From: Heteronotia binoei
Lineage: Eukaryota
Assembly: GCF_032191835.1 (NCBI RefSeq)
Contig: NC_083226.1
Span: forward strand, 21,390,001 to 21,454,000
Direction: 5' to 3'
Length of the DNA stretch: 64,000 nucleotides
A model generated the notes under the pieces. It was given only the letters and a program-made list of their open reading frames with translations, was not told the DNA's origin and ran no database searches. Numbering within the stretch: the stretch's first letter is position 1; the number at the start of each line of letters is the position of its first letter. Made by a program: the position numbers and the translations under genes. Positions 35,992 to 47,177 of the stretch are shown here, in pieces.

Positions 35992-36424
35992 TGTAGCGAA
36001 ACTAGAACAGAGAGGCAGAGCAGCCCCTTGGACTGTAGGCAGCAGAAAGAAGCACATCTGAATCATACAAGGAAGCCACTACAGCTGTCAATTGGGGAAC
36101 TAGGAGGGAGCCCAAGGGATTTAAACTGTGATCAAAGGGTAAGGGGCAGGCCTGCAGGGGTGGGAGAGAACCTTGGAGTCTGTTGAAGAAAACTGCAATT
36201 GGCACTCATCAGAGGCTGTAACAGAGACGGTGACCTGTCTGGTATTTCACCCCCTAAAGAAGGCTGCAGAACCTTGCAGGGACCGAATTGAAAGTAAGGA
36301 CTATAAGGGTCAGGGTTGGCATCCATGGGATTCAGTATAGGACTATGTCAAGTTGTTTCTGTATGCTTAGTAGTATACATTAAATGTCACCAGCAGCAAA
36401 TGTGGCCCAATTTCCTGAATTTTG
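35992..36424. mobile_element. unidentified ~430-bp insertion in TM7 (LTR-like start TGTAGCG)
   Basis: TAS2R coding sequence resumes on both sides; family unrecognised. Confidence 0.55.
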
Positions 36425-37489
36425 TTAGGATAACAGCATGCCCAGAGGGATACAAAGCACTCATAGTTAGAAAAAGTACAGCTGTCCAAGAGAGATCATT
36501 GCTTATCCAAACCTTTATTTCCTGTAAATTGAGGACTACAAAATTGGAAAGGTACAAAATAGCAAAGGAAGCCAGAGTTTTGATGGCAGCTAAGCGAATG
36601 CTGATCTGGAGATCCTTGGTGCTGATTCCATTGTGTTGCAAATGTCTTAATGTATTTTCACAGAGATATTATTAGCAAGATGGTGGATGACAAAAACATT
36701 AGAGAAAGAACGAAACCTGGAGCAGTAATGGCAATGAAGAGCTGCCAAAACAAGTGAGGCTTTTAAACTTCTGAATCATAGCTATTGTTTAAATGTAATT
36801 TGTAGGGATCACAGATGGTTAAGGCACTGCTCGATACTATGGTAATAGTAATAGCCACAGTCATAAAAGCAGAGAAGTCCACTGAGCCAAAAAGTAGCCA
36901 TGGGACCAGGCCAGAGAATCTTTGCTTCACTTGGGGGATAATTGGGTGGGAGAAAGTGGAAATCTTTACAAAGTGCTGAGCCAGGTGGCAAACAAGAAGT
37001 TGAAAATGTATGTAAAGAACACATCATGTTAAAAAAGAAATGATTCAATATAAAAATGTGGAGAAAAAAGGAAAGTGTAGTCACATCTAGAATCACTACT
37101 GCCTGCCATGTGAGTCTGGCCAAGCCAAGACAGGTCCGAATCATATCCATTGGAGAGGGTTTCCTGCTTCTGAACTAGTCAATGCAACCAATGAGGACAA
37201 TGAATCCCTTTGCTATCATTTGGACGAGGGTTTCCATGATGAGAAATGCAAAGCCGGTTATCGACAGCAATGTGGCTATCTTTATGAGCATAAGAGAGTT
37301 TGTTCTGCTGCGATATTCACACTTTCCATCAACAGCACACAGCACAACAAACCTTCCATTTAAGATCAGATCAGGGGGTTTGGAGCTATGTTCAAGTGCT
37401 GGTCCTGGATGCAAATCTTCCTAGGAAGGGCCATGTTACTAAATCTATGTCCTGTTTCTAGGATGTCATATTTACACATTTCCCCCTTC

Positions 37490-38490
37490 CCCCCCTTTTT
37501 TATTCTAAGCACATATAAGTTCCATACAAGAAAATCAACACACTAGCTCATTGAAGTACAAGTAAACCATCAGAACATTAATTTATTCAGACTTCAACAA
37601 AAGGGAAAAAGATAGATGGCCAAAGAACAACAACAACAACAAAACCCCTGTAAATTATATTGTTTGGAATGATATCCTGTTCAAACAAAAATTGCACTAA
37701 TGGGAACCAAGTTGCCACAAAATTATTGTAAATGAGAAAGTTTACGAAGTTGGTTATGGTGAAGATTACTGTTAGCACTCTGCAACCATACTCTGAGATG
37801 ATTGTGTAGTGCTAACAGTAATCTTCGCCATAACAAAATAAGACCAAATGCTACTAAACCAAGTATCAACATGGAGTGGCGAAGGATTTTTCCAATGAGT
37901 GGCAACTATTTCTTGCTAAAGAAAATAAAATAGAGATTAGCTCATTATGCTCTTTATATCCTACTGGGGTGGTTGGTATTAAAAAGTCTCAAGGAGGAAA
38001 TTCAGCATTACCCCTGTAATTAGAAAAATATATTGATGAACCTATTTCCAAAGAGACATGATGATTGGGCAAGACCTCCATATATGAAGTCACTTATTTG
38101 ACTACATTTCCTGGTGCAATGGGGGCGGGGGGAGTTTATTGAAATTCTATTAAGTTGAGTCAGTGGCAAAAACCAACGGATCATGATTTGTATTATTTAA
38201 ATTTTACAATAAAGATTGGAGACCTAAAGGAATGAGATTCCCAGTTTTTCCCCAGTCTTCTGCCTTAAGTCTATTCGAGAGATCTTGTTGCTGATTCTTT
38301 TGAAAGGGTAACATTTCAGAACTAATGTTTGTCAACAGAATTTTATATAACTTATAAATAAGACCTTTTGATTTTTCTTTAATGTCCATGAGAAGAAATT
38401 CAAATTCTGAGAGAAGTCGTGATAAAGCAATTTTTACTTGAGGTGAAGCCATGTTTTAGTTGTAGGTAACAAAACCAATTGACTATAGAA
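37490..38490 (-). mobile_element. L1 LINE 3' fragment
   Basis: Minus translation LIYKLYKILL..., HIWRSCP....WK, IVATHWKNP....W...IW...MAKIT, F...W.PL..FL; A-rich tail at ~37495. Confidence 0.85.
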
Positions 38491-39785
38491 CTTTTTTTCT
38501 ATAGAAGCACTGGTTGAAATGTACGCCACAGATTTCTGTTTTGGGCCAAATTGAATAGATTTTTGTGGGAATTTTTCTCTGAAGTGAGAAAAAAATTAAA
38601 ACATTTTCTTAAACCCTAAAAGTTCTTTTTTTGTCTTTTATATATATATTTTAAAAAAACCATGGGCCCCTAGAAGTATTGTGGGCCTTAGGCACTATGC
38701 CTACTGTGCCTAATGGATAAATCAGCCCTGGTTGCAGGGAGTAAAAAATAACATTCAATGGAAGAAAAATGGGAACAGCATGGATGGGATTTTCACTGAT
38801 CTGCACACCATTCCATCATCATGGTGTATGAAGTGTTAGGCCTGTGTTCTTCTCAAAAAGATCACAGAAATACAGGTAACAGAAAGCTGAAGCCAGCACA
38901 GGAGCACGAAAGGTGATGTGAGAGCAAGAAAGGCAGCACGAGAGCAGGAAAGTCGGCATGAGAGCGAGAAAGCTGGCACAAAAGCATGGAAGGCTTCTGC
39001 AAGTCAAGAGGGGGGTGCCCAATTCTGTGCCCCCCAGGGCCTGTGCCTTAGGCAAAGAAGAACCAGCCCTGATTCCATCATAATGGTATACAAAGTGCTA
39101 AGACTGTTTTCTTCTCAAATCACAGAAACACAGTTAACAGAAAGCTGAAGCTGAGGGAAATGTTGAAAGCGGATGGTTAGAAAACAATGCTACGTAGATT
39201 CTCCAAAACCAGCACTCCTATTGGACAGCAAAGACAGAGAAAGAAGTCGATGTGAAAGGAGCCATAAACTTCACCAGTTGTCCCATCCATGCAAGACACA
39301 AAGGCTGCATTCCCACAAACACTTTACTGCAGGTAAGCCCTAATAAATGCAATGAGATTAACTTCTAAGTAGCCCTGACCTGGGTGGCCCAGGCTAGCCC
39401 ATCTCATCAAATCTTGGAAGGTAACTAGGGTTGGCCCTGGCTAATATTTGGCTGACAGACCACTGAGGAAGACCAGAGGGAACTATGTGGCACGACATGA
39501 GTAGCCAGTAAGTCAGAATGACTTTAATATATCTGCTGAAGGTTCCCATTGTTGTGTTGAGTTGGACGTCAGGTTTGTAGACATGGGGGTTGTTGAGCTA
39601 CACAGAGGCCGCATATACTGCAGAAGTATACCCCAACCCCAATGCTGAGTATCTAAGCAGATGCACCTCAAGATGTGCCACATAATTTTTGGAGAATGTG
39701 GTTTTGTGCATGCATTTTGGCTGCTACACTGTTGTGATGGTGTTTCACAAGAGAATGTCCTCTTCCTTCATTCTTTTGGTAGGTT

Positions 39786-40733
39786 TCAAGACGGTACTTC
39801 ACTCGCACACCATTTTAAGTGATGCATCATCTTGATCCATGCCTCTTTCAGTTTGGGATTAATTCCTATCAGGATAACAGCATGCCCAGAGGGATACAGA
39901 ACACTCATCGTTTGAAATATCACAAATGTCCAGGAGTGATCAGTGTTTCTAGAAAACAGCATTGGCTGTAAACTGTTAGCTACAAAACTGGAGAGGTACA
40001 ACATAGCAAAGGAAGCCAGAGTTTTGATGGCACTTAAATGAACGCTGGTGTTGAGATCTTTGTTGCCGATTCCATTGTGTCGCAAATGTCTTATGTGCTT
40101 CCACAGGGACATTATTAACAAGATTGTGGATGATAAAACTATCACAGACGGAATGACGTTTGGAACAGTAACTGCAATGGAAAGCTGCTTACACTTGTGA
40201 AGCACTTCAACTTCTGAACCGTAGCTATTGTTTAAAAATAATTTGTAGGAATGACAACTGATAAAGCTACTGCTTGATGCTGCAATAATAGTAATAGTCA
40301 TAGCCATAAAAGCAGAGAAGGCCACTGAGCCCAGAAGCAGCCATGGGACCAGCCCAGAGAATCTTTGCTTCGCATGGAGGAAAACAGGGTGGGAGAAAGT
40401 GGTGATCTTGACAAAGTACAAAATGCTGAGCCAGGCGGCGAATGTAAGATTGACATGGCATGTGAAGAACCACGCCATGGTGATCATTAAATAGACATGA
40501 TTCAATACATAAGTGTGCAGAAAAAAGGAAAGTGTTGTCACATCCAGAATCACAACTGCCAGCCATGCAAGTCTGGCCAGGCCCAGGCAGGTCAGGATCA
40601 GGTTAGTTGGGGAGAGTTTCCTACTTCTGAACCAATCAATGCAGCCGATGAGGACAATAAACCCATTTGCTACCATTCCGACGAGGGTTTCCGTGATGAG
40701 AAGCGCAAAGCCAGTTATCGCTGAAGTGTCCAT
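39786..40733 (-). CDS. TAS2R: bitter taste receptor type 2, intact 315 aa (319 aa from the in-frame ATG at 40745)
   Basis: All TAS2R motifs present (GMVANGFIVL.GCIDW, LSPTNLILTCLGLARL, FSHP, SLWKH, YPSGHAVILI.INPKLK); NNS glycosylation site. Confidence 0.96.
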   Translation of the reverse strand: MDTSAITGFALLITETLVGMVANGFIVLIGCIDWFRSRKLSPTNLILTCLGLARLAWLAVVILDVTTLSFFLHTYVLNHVYLMITMAWFFTCHVNLTFAAWLSILYFVKITTFSHPVFLHAKQRFSGLVPWLLLGSVAFSAFMAMTITIIAASSSSFISCHSYKLFLNNSYGSEVEVLHKCKQLSIAVTVPNVIPSVIVLSSTILLIMSLWKHIRHLRHNGIGNKDLNTSVHLSAIKTLASFAMLYLSSFVANSLQPMLFSRNTDHSWTFVIFQTMSVLYPSGHAVILIGINPKLKEAWIKMMHHLKWCASEVPS

Positions 40734-40875
40734 CTTTCTGAGCATAAGAGAAATGAGTTTCTTCTGCTGGGATATTCAGCCTTTCCACCAACAGCACCCG
40801 GCACAACACTGGGGCCCTCTGCTTAAGAACTCATCTTGGAGTTAGGAGCTATTTTCAAGTCCTGACTCTGTTAAG

Positions 40876-40977
40876 ATGCAAATGTTCGTAGAAAGGACCA
40901 TGTTACTATATCTGTGTCCTGTTCTAGGATGTCACATTTGCACATTTGACATAGATGCTAAATATGATCTTTGCACC
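40876..40977 (-). promoter_or_regulatory. octamer module
   Basis: ATGCAAAT 40876-40883, ATTTGCAC 40936, CTTTGCAC ~40969. Confidence 0.6.
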
Positions 40978-41299
40978 TGTTTTCACAAATGATGATGTAC
41001 TTTTCTTGTGAGATTTGTTGAGTTTAAAGCATTGTTTGCCCAATGCCATCAATTATTAATTCTATTGAAGGAAAACCTTTTCTGTTGATTGATGGGCAGA
41101 GCTATCCAGTGCTGTGCTTGTGTCGTGAGAGCTGTCTGCTGTATAACTAGGGTGGCAGTAGTCCATTCTCTAGGGGCTAAGTTATGCAGTGGCCAACAGC
41201 CTATGTTGATGGGTTTGAAGTGTTTTCTGAGAAGAACTGAGAAGATCCATGGCAACTGCACCCCTGCAGTCAGTGGAGGCTTGTGGAGGTGGTGACACA

Positions 41300-42520
41300 A
41301 TGATGGACAGGGCAGCCAGAACCAATCAGAGGTCATATGGCAAGGGGATAGAGTCCACCATCCATCTCAGGGGATGGAGAGGGGCAGGCCAAAGGAGTTT
41401 TGCTTGTTTTCAGAGGTACTCTCCACCTCCCCTAAAATGACCAACTCCTATCAGAGATCCAAGCACCTGACAGTGGGGAGGAGGTTCAAGCTTTCCACCC
41501 ATGGGCATCCACAGCTGCCTCAAAGTCCACAAGGAGCACAGAGTCCCTGAAGGGCAGAAGGCGATAGATGTTTGGCATTGCCACTCTATGCATTTGTGGG
41601 TTTTCATTGCACAGTGATGGACAAACTTCCCAGTAGCCCAGCCCTACTGTCAAGGGCACTCTCGTACCACCCCTTCCAGTGACGGAGCAGGAGTGGGGGC
41701 TGCTAAGATGAGCTCAGATATGGGGGCATGCAACCTCAGCCTCAGATTCCCTAATTGCTTCCTCACTGGAGCAGAAATCATCTGGGACTGGAATGATTGT
41801 CATTCCACTCTGGGGGCTGTCATTCCACGCCCAGAGCTATCAGTGCCTAGGGACTGTCATTTGAATTCCATTCTACGTCCATCATTACTGCCATGCGTAG
41901 TGATGTACTGCAATGGAACCCACGCTAGCAATTTGGCATTTCTGGCTGCCCGTATATCCAATGAGCATTCAAGCTTCTTCCATTTTTTCCTAATGGACAG
42001 TCTTGTCTGCTGCCTTAGTCCCCTTTTGATGCACTCCTGGATGTCTCCACTGTCCCTTGAGACATCAGCAGCTCCTCCAGATGCCTGCCAGCTGCTGCCA
42101 AAGATGCAGAAACCCCCTCCGTGCCCCAGGAGAAAGCATCCTTCCCTTGCAGTAGGACTCGAGCTACTGCTCCTTGGTTGACCCAGAAAGAGCTCTGACT
42201 CCCCAGGTACAGCATCCAGGATCTGATATAGGTGCCCTCCTTTCTTATCAGTGCTCTCCCCACCCTGCTCCAAAGACATCAAGTCTGATTGTTGTATTAG
42301 CTCCTTTCCAACCATTGACTCCTGGGACCCCCATGATCCCCCTCTGTGATTACTTCAAAGAAGTCTTCCTCCGGCTGACAGAAGCCCCCCCCTTCCTAGA
42401 GCAGACACACAGTTATGGACTTCATTCATTCATTCATTCATTCATTCATTCATTCATTCATTCATTCATTCATTCATTCCCCTCTTTTCTCCCTAATGGG
42501 GAACCCAACTAACTTACCCC
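41300..42520. repeat. ~1.2-kb block shared by three units (also ~47395-48250, ~53190-54450)
   Basis: Shared AGAACCAATCAGAG, GGCCAAAGGAGTT..CTT.TTTTCAG, CAGAGTCCCTGAAGGG and TTGACTC.GGGGACC; possibly an old DIRS-like relic. Confidence 0.8.
42421..42480. repeat. (TTCA)n microsatellite
   Basis: Direct reading; only 2-3 units at the paralogous sites (~48035, ~54297). Confidence 0.95.
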
Positions 42521-42712
42521 TGGGGTGCAAAAGCAGAGGAAGGATCTCCCCACCCCTGCCCCGCACGTATCTTGGAGGCCCTGAGAGGTGCAGCAGCAGG
42601 GATTTCAGGTAACTGAAAGCTGAAACTGAGGGAAACCTTGAAAGTGGATGGTTAGAAAACAATGTTGCATAGATGTTCCAAAGACAGCACACCTGTTTGG
42701 CAGCAAAGACAG

Positions 42713-43088
42713 AAGAATAAGACATTGGATTTATATTCCACCCTCCCCTCAGTCTCAAAGCGGCTCACAATCTCCTTTATCTTCCTCCCCCACAACAAAC
42801 ACCCTGTGAGGTGGGTGGGGCTGAGAGGCTCTATCAGAAGCTGCCCTTTTAAGGACAAGCTCTGCTACAGCTATGGCTGACCCAAGGCCATTCCAGCAGG
42901 TGCAAGTGGAAGAGTGGGGAATCAAACCCGGTTCTCCCATATAAGAGTCCGCACACTCAACCACTACACCAAACTGCCGATGGCTGACCCAAGGCCATTC
43001 CAGCAGCTGCAAGGGGAGGAGTGGGGAATCAAACCTGGTTCTCCCAGATAAGAGTCCGCACACTCAACCACTACACCGAACTGGCTCA
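42713..43088 (-). mobile_element. tRNA-derived SINE with duplicated 5' half
   Basis: ATGGCTGACCCAAGGCCATTCCAGCAG...ACCACTACACC occurs twice in tandem. Confidence 0.88.
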
Positions 43089-43582
43089 CAACAGAGAAAG
43101 AAGCCTATGTGAAAGGAGGCATAAACCTCACCAGTTGTGCTGTCCATGTGCAAGACACAAAGGCTGCATTCCCACAAACACTTTCCTGGGGGTAAGCACC
43201 AATAATGCAATGAGATTAACTTCTAAGTCATCCCGACCTGGATGGCCCAGGATAGCTCATCTCAATAAATCTTGAAAACTAAGCAGGGTCAATCCTGCCT
43301 ATTATACGGCTGGCAGATCACCAAGAAAGTCTAGCGGGAGCAATGCGGTACAATGTGAGTAGCCAATAAGTCCGAGTGAGTTTAATATATCTGCTGACGG
43401 TTCCCATTGTTGTGCTGCGTTGGATTTCATGGGGGCTGTTGAGCTGCACAGAAGCAACATATTCTGCAGCCCCAATGCTGAGCATTTAAGCAGATGCAAC
43501 CCAAGAAGTATGACATAATCTTTGGAGAATGTGGTATAGTGTATATATTTTTAATGCTAAATTGTTAAGATGGTGTTTGGTT

Positions 43583-44524
43583 TCAAGATGGTGCTTCATT
43601 CACACCACATTTTAAGTGATGTATCATCTTGACCCATGCCTGTTTCAGTCTGGGATTAATTACTATCAGGATAACAGCATGCCCAGAGGGATACAGAGCA
43701 ATTATCGTTTGAAATATCGCAGATGTCCAGGAGCCATCAGTGTTTCCAAAAAACAGTATTGCCTCTGTACTGATACCTACAAAACTGGAGAGGTACAATA
43801 CAGCAAATGAAACCAGAGCTTTGATGGCACGTAAATGAACATTGGTGTTGAGATCCATGGTGCTGATTCCATCGTGTTGCAAATGTCTTATGTGCTTCCA
43901 AAGAGATACTATCAACAAGACAGTGAATGACAAAAATAACACAGATGGGATGACGTTTGGAACAGTAACTGCAATGAAAAGCCGCCAACACTTGTGAAGC
44001 ACTTCAGCGTCTGAACCATAACTATTGTTTAAAAATAATTTGGAGAAATCGCAAGTGATTAAGCTACTGCTTGATACTGCGAGAATAGTCATAGCCATAA
44101 AAGCAGAGAAGGCCACTGAGCCCAGAAGCAGCCATGGGACCAGCGCAGGGAATCTTTGCTTCGCATGGAGGAAAAGAGGGTGGGAGAATGTGGTAATCTT
44201 TACAAAGTAAAAAATGCTGAGCCAGGTGGCAAATGTAATGTTGACATTGTATATAAAGAACCACACCATGGTGATCATTAAATAGACATGATTCAATACA
44301 TAAGTGTGCAGAAAAAAGGAAAACGTAGTCACATCCAGAATCACTACTGCCAGCCATGCAAGTCTGGCCAAGCCAAGGCAGGTCAGGATCAGGTCAGTCG
44401 GGGAGAGTTTCTTACTTCTGAACCAATCAATGCAGCCGATGAGAACAATAAACCCATTTGCTACCATTCCAACGAGGGTTTCCATGATGAGAAGTGCAAA
44501 GCCAGTTATCGACAAAGTGTCCAT
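43583..44524 (-). CDS. TAS2R: bitter taste receptor type 2, intact 313 aa
   Basis: All TAS2R motifs present; closest in-window relative of the gene at 39786-40733. Confidence 0.96.
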   Translation of the reverse strand: MDTLSITGFALLIMETLVGMVANGFIVLIGCIDWFRSKKLSPTDLILTCLGLARLAWLAVVILDVTTFSFFLHTYVLNHVYLMITMVWFFIYNVNITFATWLSIFYFVKITTFSHPLFLHAKQRFPALVPWLLLGSVAFSAFMAMTILAVSSSSLITCDFSKLFLNNSYGSDAEVLHKCWRLFIAVTVPNVIPSVLFLSFTVLLIVSLWKHIRHLQHDGISTMDLNTNVHLRAIKALVSFAVLYLSSFVGISTEAILFFGNTDGSWTSAIFQTIIALYPSGHAVILIVINPRLKQAWVKMIHHLKCGVNEAPS

Positions 44525-44650
44525 CTTTCTGAGCGTAAGAGAAAAGAGTTTCTTCTGCTGGGATATTCAGCCTTTCCACCAACAGCACCCAGCACAACAC
44601 TGGGGCCATCTGGGAGTTAGGAGCTATTTTCAAGTTCTGGCTCTGTTAAG

Positions 44651-44752
44651 ATGCAAATCTTCCTGGAAAAGGATTATGTTACTAAATCTGTGTCCTGTTC
44701 TAGGATGTCACATTTGCACATTTGACATAGATGCTAAATATGACCTTTGCAT
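44651..44752 (-). promoter_or_regulatory. octamer module
   Basis: ATGCAAAT 44651, ATTTGCAC 44712, CTTTGCAT 44745. Confidence 0.6.
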
Positions 44753-44805
44753 CTGTATTCACAAATGATGTTCTACTATTCTTGTGGGATTAGTTGACTT
44801 TAAAG

Positions 44806-44975
44806 CAAAGGTCTTTTTGTAGAAAAATAGGTGGTGGAGCTCATGCAGGGATTGTTATGCAGCTGCACCTACTATTCAATGAACAAGGAGGTGGAATTCT
44901 CCGAAGGAGAAGGAGGAACCCTCAGAAAGGTTCAGGAGCTGTGCTCCTGAGAGCTCCCACTGAATTTGAGGCCTG
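44806..44975. mobile_element. hAT-type MITE
   Basis: Perfect 8-bp TSD CTTTAAAG (44798-44805, 44976-44983). Confidence 0.85.
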
Positions 44976-45929
44976 CTTTAAAGCACTGGGCGTTTTCGCA
45001 TTAGCGTTTACCCCGGAGTGGCATCCCATTTACCTCCAGATCTTTTGCTTGATTTCGCACATGTTGCTCCGTGGTCACGGTTTGATCCGTGGCTTCAGCA
45101 CTTTCACCGCGCCGTATCTGGAGGCACATGTTAGCGGAGTTTCCTAAAACCTGCGGATCCACTCCGCGGAGTTTGTTGTGGGAAACTCATCCCGTTCCGC
45201 ATCGACTGCTTTGGGGGCGGCACCCTCCTCTGCCTTTCAGTCCTCCCACTCCATCCCCCTGGGACGTGCAATGCAATGCAAATCATGTACGCTGCTGGCC
45301 TGGCCAATCATCAGCCGTATAACTTAGTAGTGTGTGTTCGTGGTGCTTCCGAAACGTGCCCGTCAGCCATTTTTTTCCTTCATTTTAGTTCCTTGAGTAA
45401 TAACGATATTTCACAGCTACGAAATCCCAAAATTTCAATGAATCAAGGAATCAATGAGGTGCCATACAGCATACACAACACATGCGTGATGCATTCCGTT
45501 AGATCGAAGTCTGAGGGCAGCATCCACAGCTTGTTTTGGGGAATCCTGCTTACTACTACTTCGATTGATATGCATCCTTCAGATCACACATAAGTTGATG
45601 GCAGTGGTCAGAAGCAAGTGTGCATCATTGCCGGTTAGGCGGTGCCTGCTGTTTTTTTCCGGCTACTTCTATTTGATTGCGTTACTGCGATATTTCGCAA
45701 CTACGGAATTTCATCATATCCTTGATGCAGCGTTATCATACATCAGGATCAATCCCTGTGGACATAAGTGTTGGGGGGGGGGGGCGGAATCTTGTGAGAA
45801 TTGCGACTGCTGTACAAGGATCTCCTTTCATGTGCATTAATGAGTTGGCGTCCGGCGTACAGGCACAAAAGCAAAACCTCCACTATGGAATAAAGACACG
45901 CCACAGTCTCATTAACCAGATTCTCCATT

Positions 45930-46587
45930 ATCAAAGATTTCAGGTTTTCACGGCTGGTAACATCATTAGGGTTTGTAGAATCTTTCGGGCTCAAGTGCCG
46001 TGTTCTACTGGAGAAAGTTTTCCTTCCAGATGTTTCGTTCTCAGCTGCGGAGAACATCCTCAGTGGTGTTGCAGCCAGAGCAGGTGCTCTGACCTTCTTG
46101 GCTGCTGTGCCGTTGAGTGGGGCCAGGGCTGCTGGAGAGCTGCTATTTCTAGGCTGGAGGGGGTGTGATGAAAGGGCAATTGGTTTGTGGAAATGCCCAT
46201 TGTTTGGTGGGGCTTCCTGGAAGGATAGTGATAAGGAAACTGACTGTTGAATGTGACCATTGTTCTGTGTTAATTGCTGGGAGGGCTGGAAGGGGTTTGA
46301 AGATAAGGAAGATGGTTGTTGACTGTGCTGATTGTTCTGTGGAATTTGCTGGTTGTTCTGAGACTTTCTGCAATTTATGGTCTGTAGGGTGTTTTGCAGA
46401 GCTGGGTACCAAGATTGGTGGATGAAAATGCCTTCTTTCTTTCTGTTAAAATTGTGCTGGTGTTTGTAAATCTCAATAGCTTCTCTGTTCAGGCAGGTAT
46501 GATAATGTGAGACCGTAGAAAGGACTTCAGTTCTTTCAGAGTGGATGACGTGGTCTCCTTCTTGAAGTGCATGTTCAGCTACAGCAC
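45930..46587 (-). mobile_element. Penelope-like retroelement 3' fragment (GIY-YIG C-terminus + pLTR)
   Basis: Open frame SAVAEHALQEGDHVIHSERTEVLS....HTCLNREAIEIYKHQHNFNRKKEG....SWYPAL; 9-bp TSD TTCTCCATT (45921-45929, 46588-46596). Confidence 0.9.
46026..46066 (-). ncRNA. minimal type I hammerhead ribozyme motif (Penelope pLTR)
   Basis: Minus strand CCA-CTGAGGA-T-GTTCTC cgcagct GAGAAC-GAAA-C-ATC-TGG: CUGANGA core, 6-bp stem II, GAAA, NUH triplet, 3-bp stem I. Confidence 0.75.
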
Positions 46588-47177
46588 TTCTCCATTGCGA
46601 ATGCTTCTGTCAATACATAAAGGGCTGTGGAGGATGCTACAGCTGCAGCCAATACTTAAGCATAAGCGGCACACGTGATGCGGTTTGCCCGCAAAAAAAA
46701 GGGGAAGGAACAGCGGTGTTACGTTGTTACGCAGTAACGCAACCAGCCATGCGCTTAAAAAAAATGATTGACAGGGCCTCGAAGTCAAGTCGATGCTAGT
46801 GCGAAAACAATTTGACGCAGGCTGCATGGAAACCGACTGCGCAAAAGAGAACATTGTGCAAAAATGGGGGAAATGGTCCGGACAGAATTCCTCCGCGGAA
46901 TAACGGTAGCAAACGCTAAGTGCAAAAATGCCCAATGCCATCAATTCGTATTGTACTTAAGGAAAAACTTTTCTGTCGATTGATTCCACAGGCAATCTTG
47001 TACCGTGCTTGTGCCATGAGTTCTGGCTGCAGTATAATGAGGGTGACACTAGTCCAGTCCCTATGAAAGTAAGTTACACAGCAGCCATGAGAGAACTTTG
47101 TGGGTTCACAGAAACTGGGGTAGCATCCATAGTGACTGTGCTGCTGCAGTCAGTAGAGGCTCATAGAAGTAGCAGCA

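Larger units (their letters stand above)
35702..37291 (-). pseudogene. TAS2R: TAS2R pseudogene with several stops, indels and two insertions in TM7/C-tail
   Basis: IDW to ID* (TAG), SLW to SL* (TGA 36658-36660), TAA in ECL2, 7-bp and 1-bp deletions; insertions at 35726-35924 and 35992-36424. Confidence 0.95.
44988..46933. mobile_element. Harbinger-like non-autonomous DNA element containing a nested Penelope fragment
   Basis: TIR GGGCGTTTTCGCA-TTAGCGTTT versus reverse complement GGGCATTTTTGCACTTAGCGTTT; paralog flank resumes at AATGCCATCAATT; no clean TSD. Confidence 0.75.

Noticed and set aside
40513-40845. Recurring antisense ORFs (MCRKK..., also 44304-44768, 52420-52752, 57966-58244)
   Set aside because: They are shadows of the paralogous TAS2R coding strand; lengths and ends vary and there is no independent signal.
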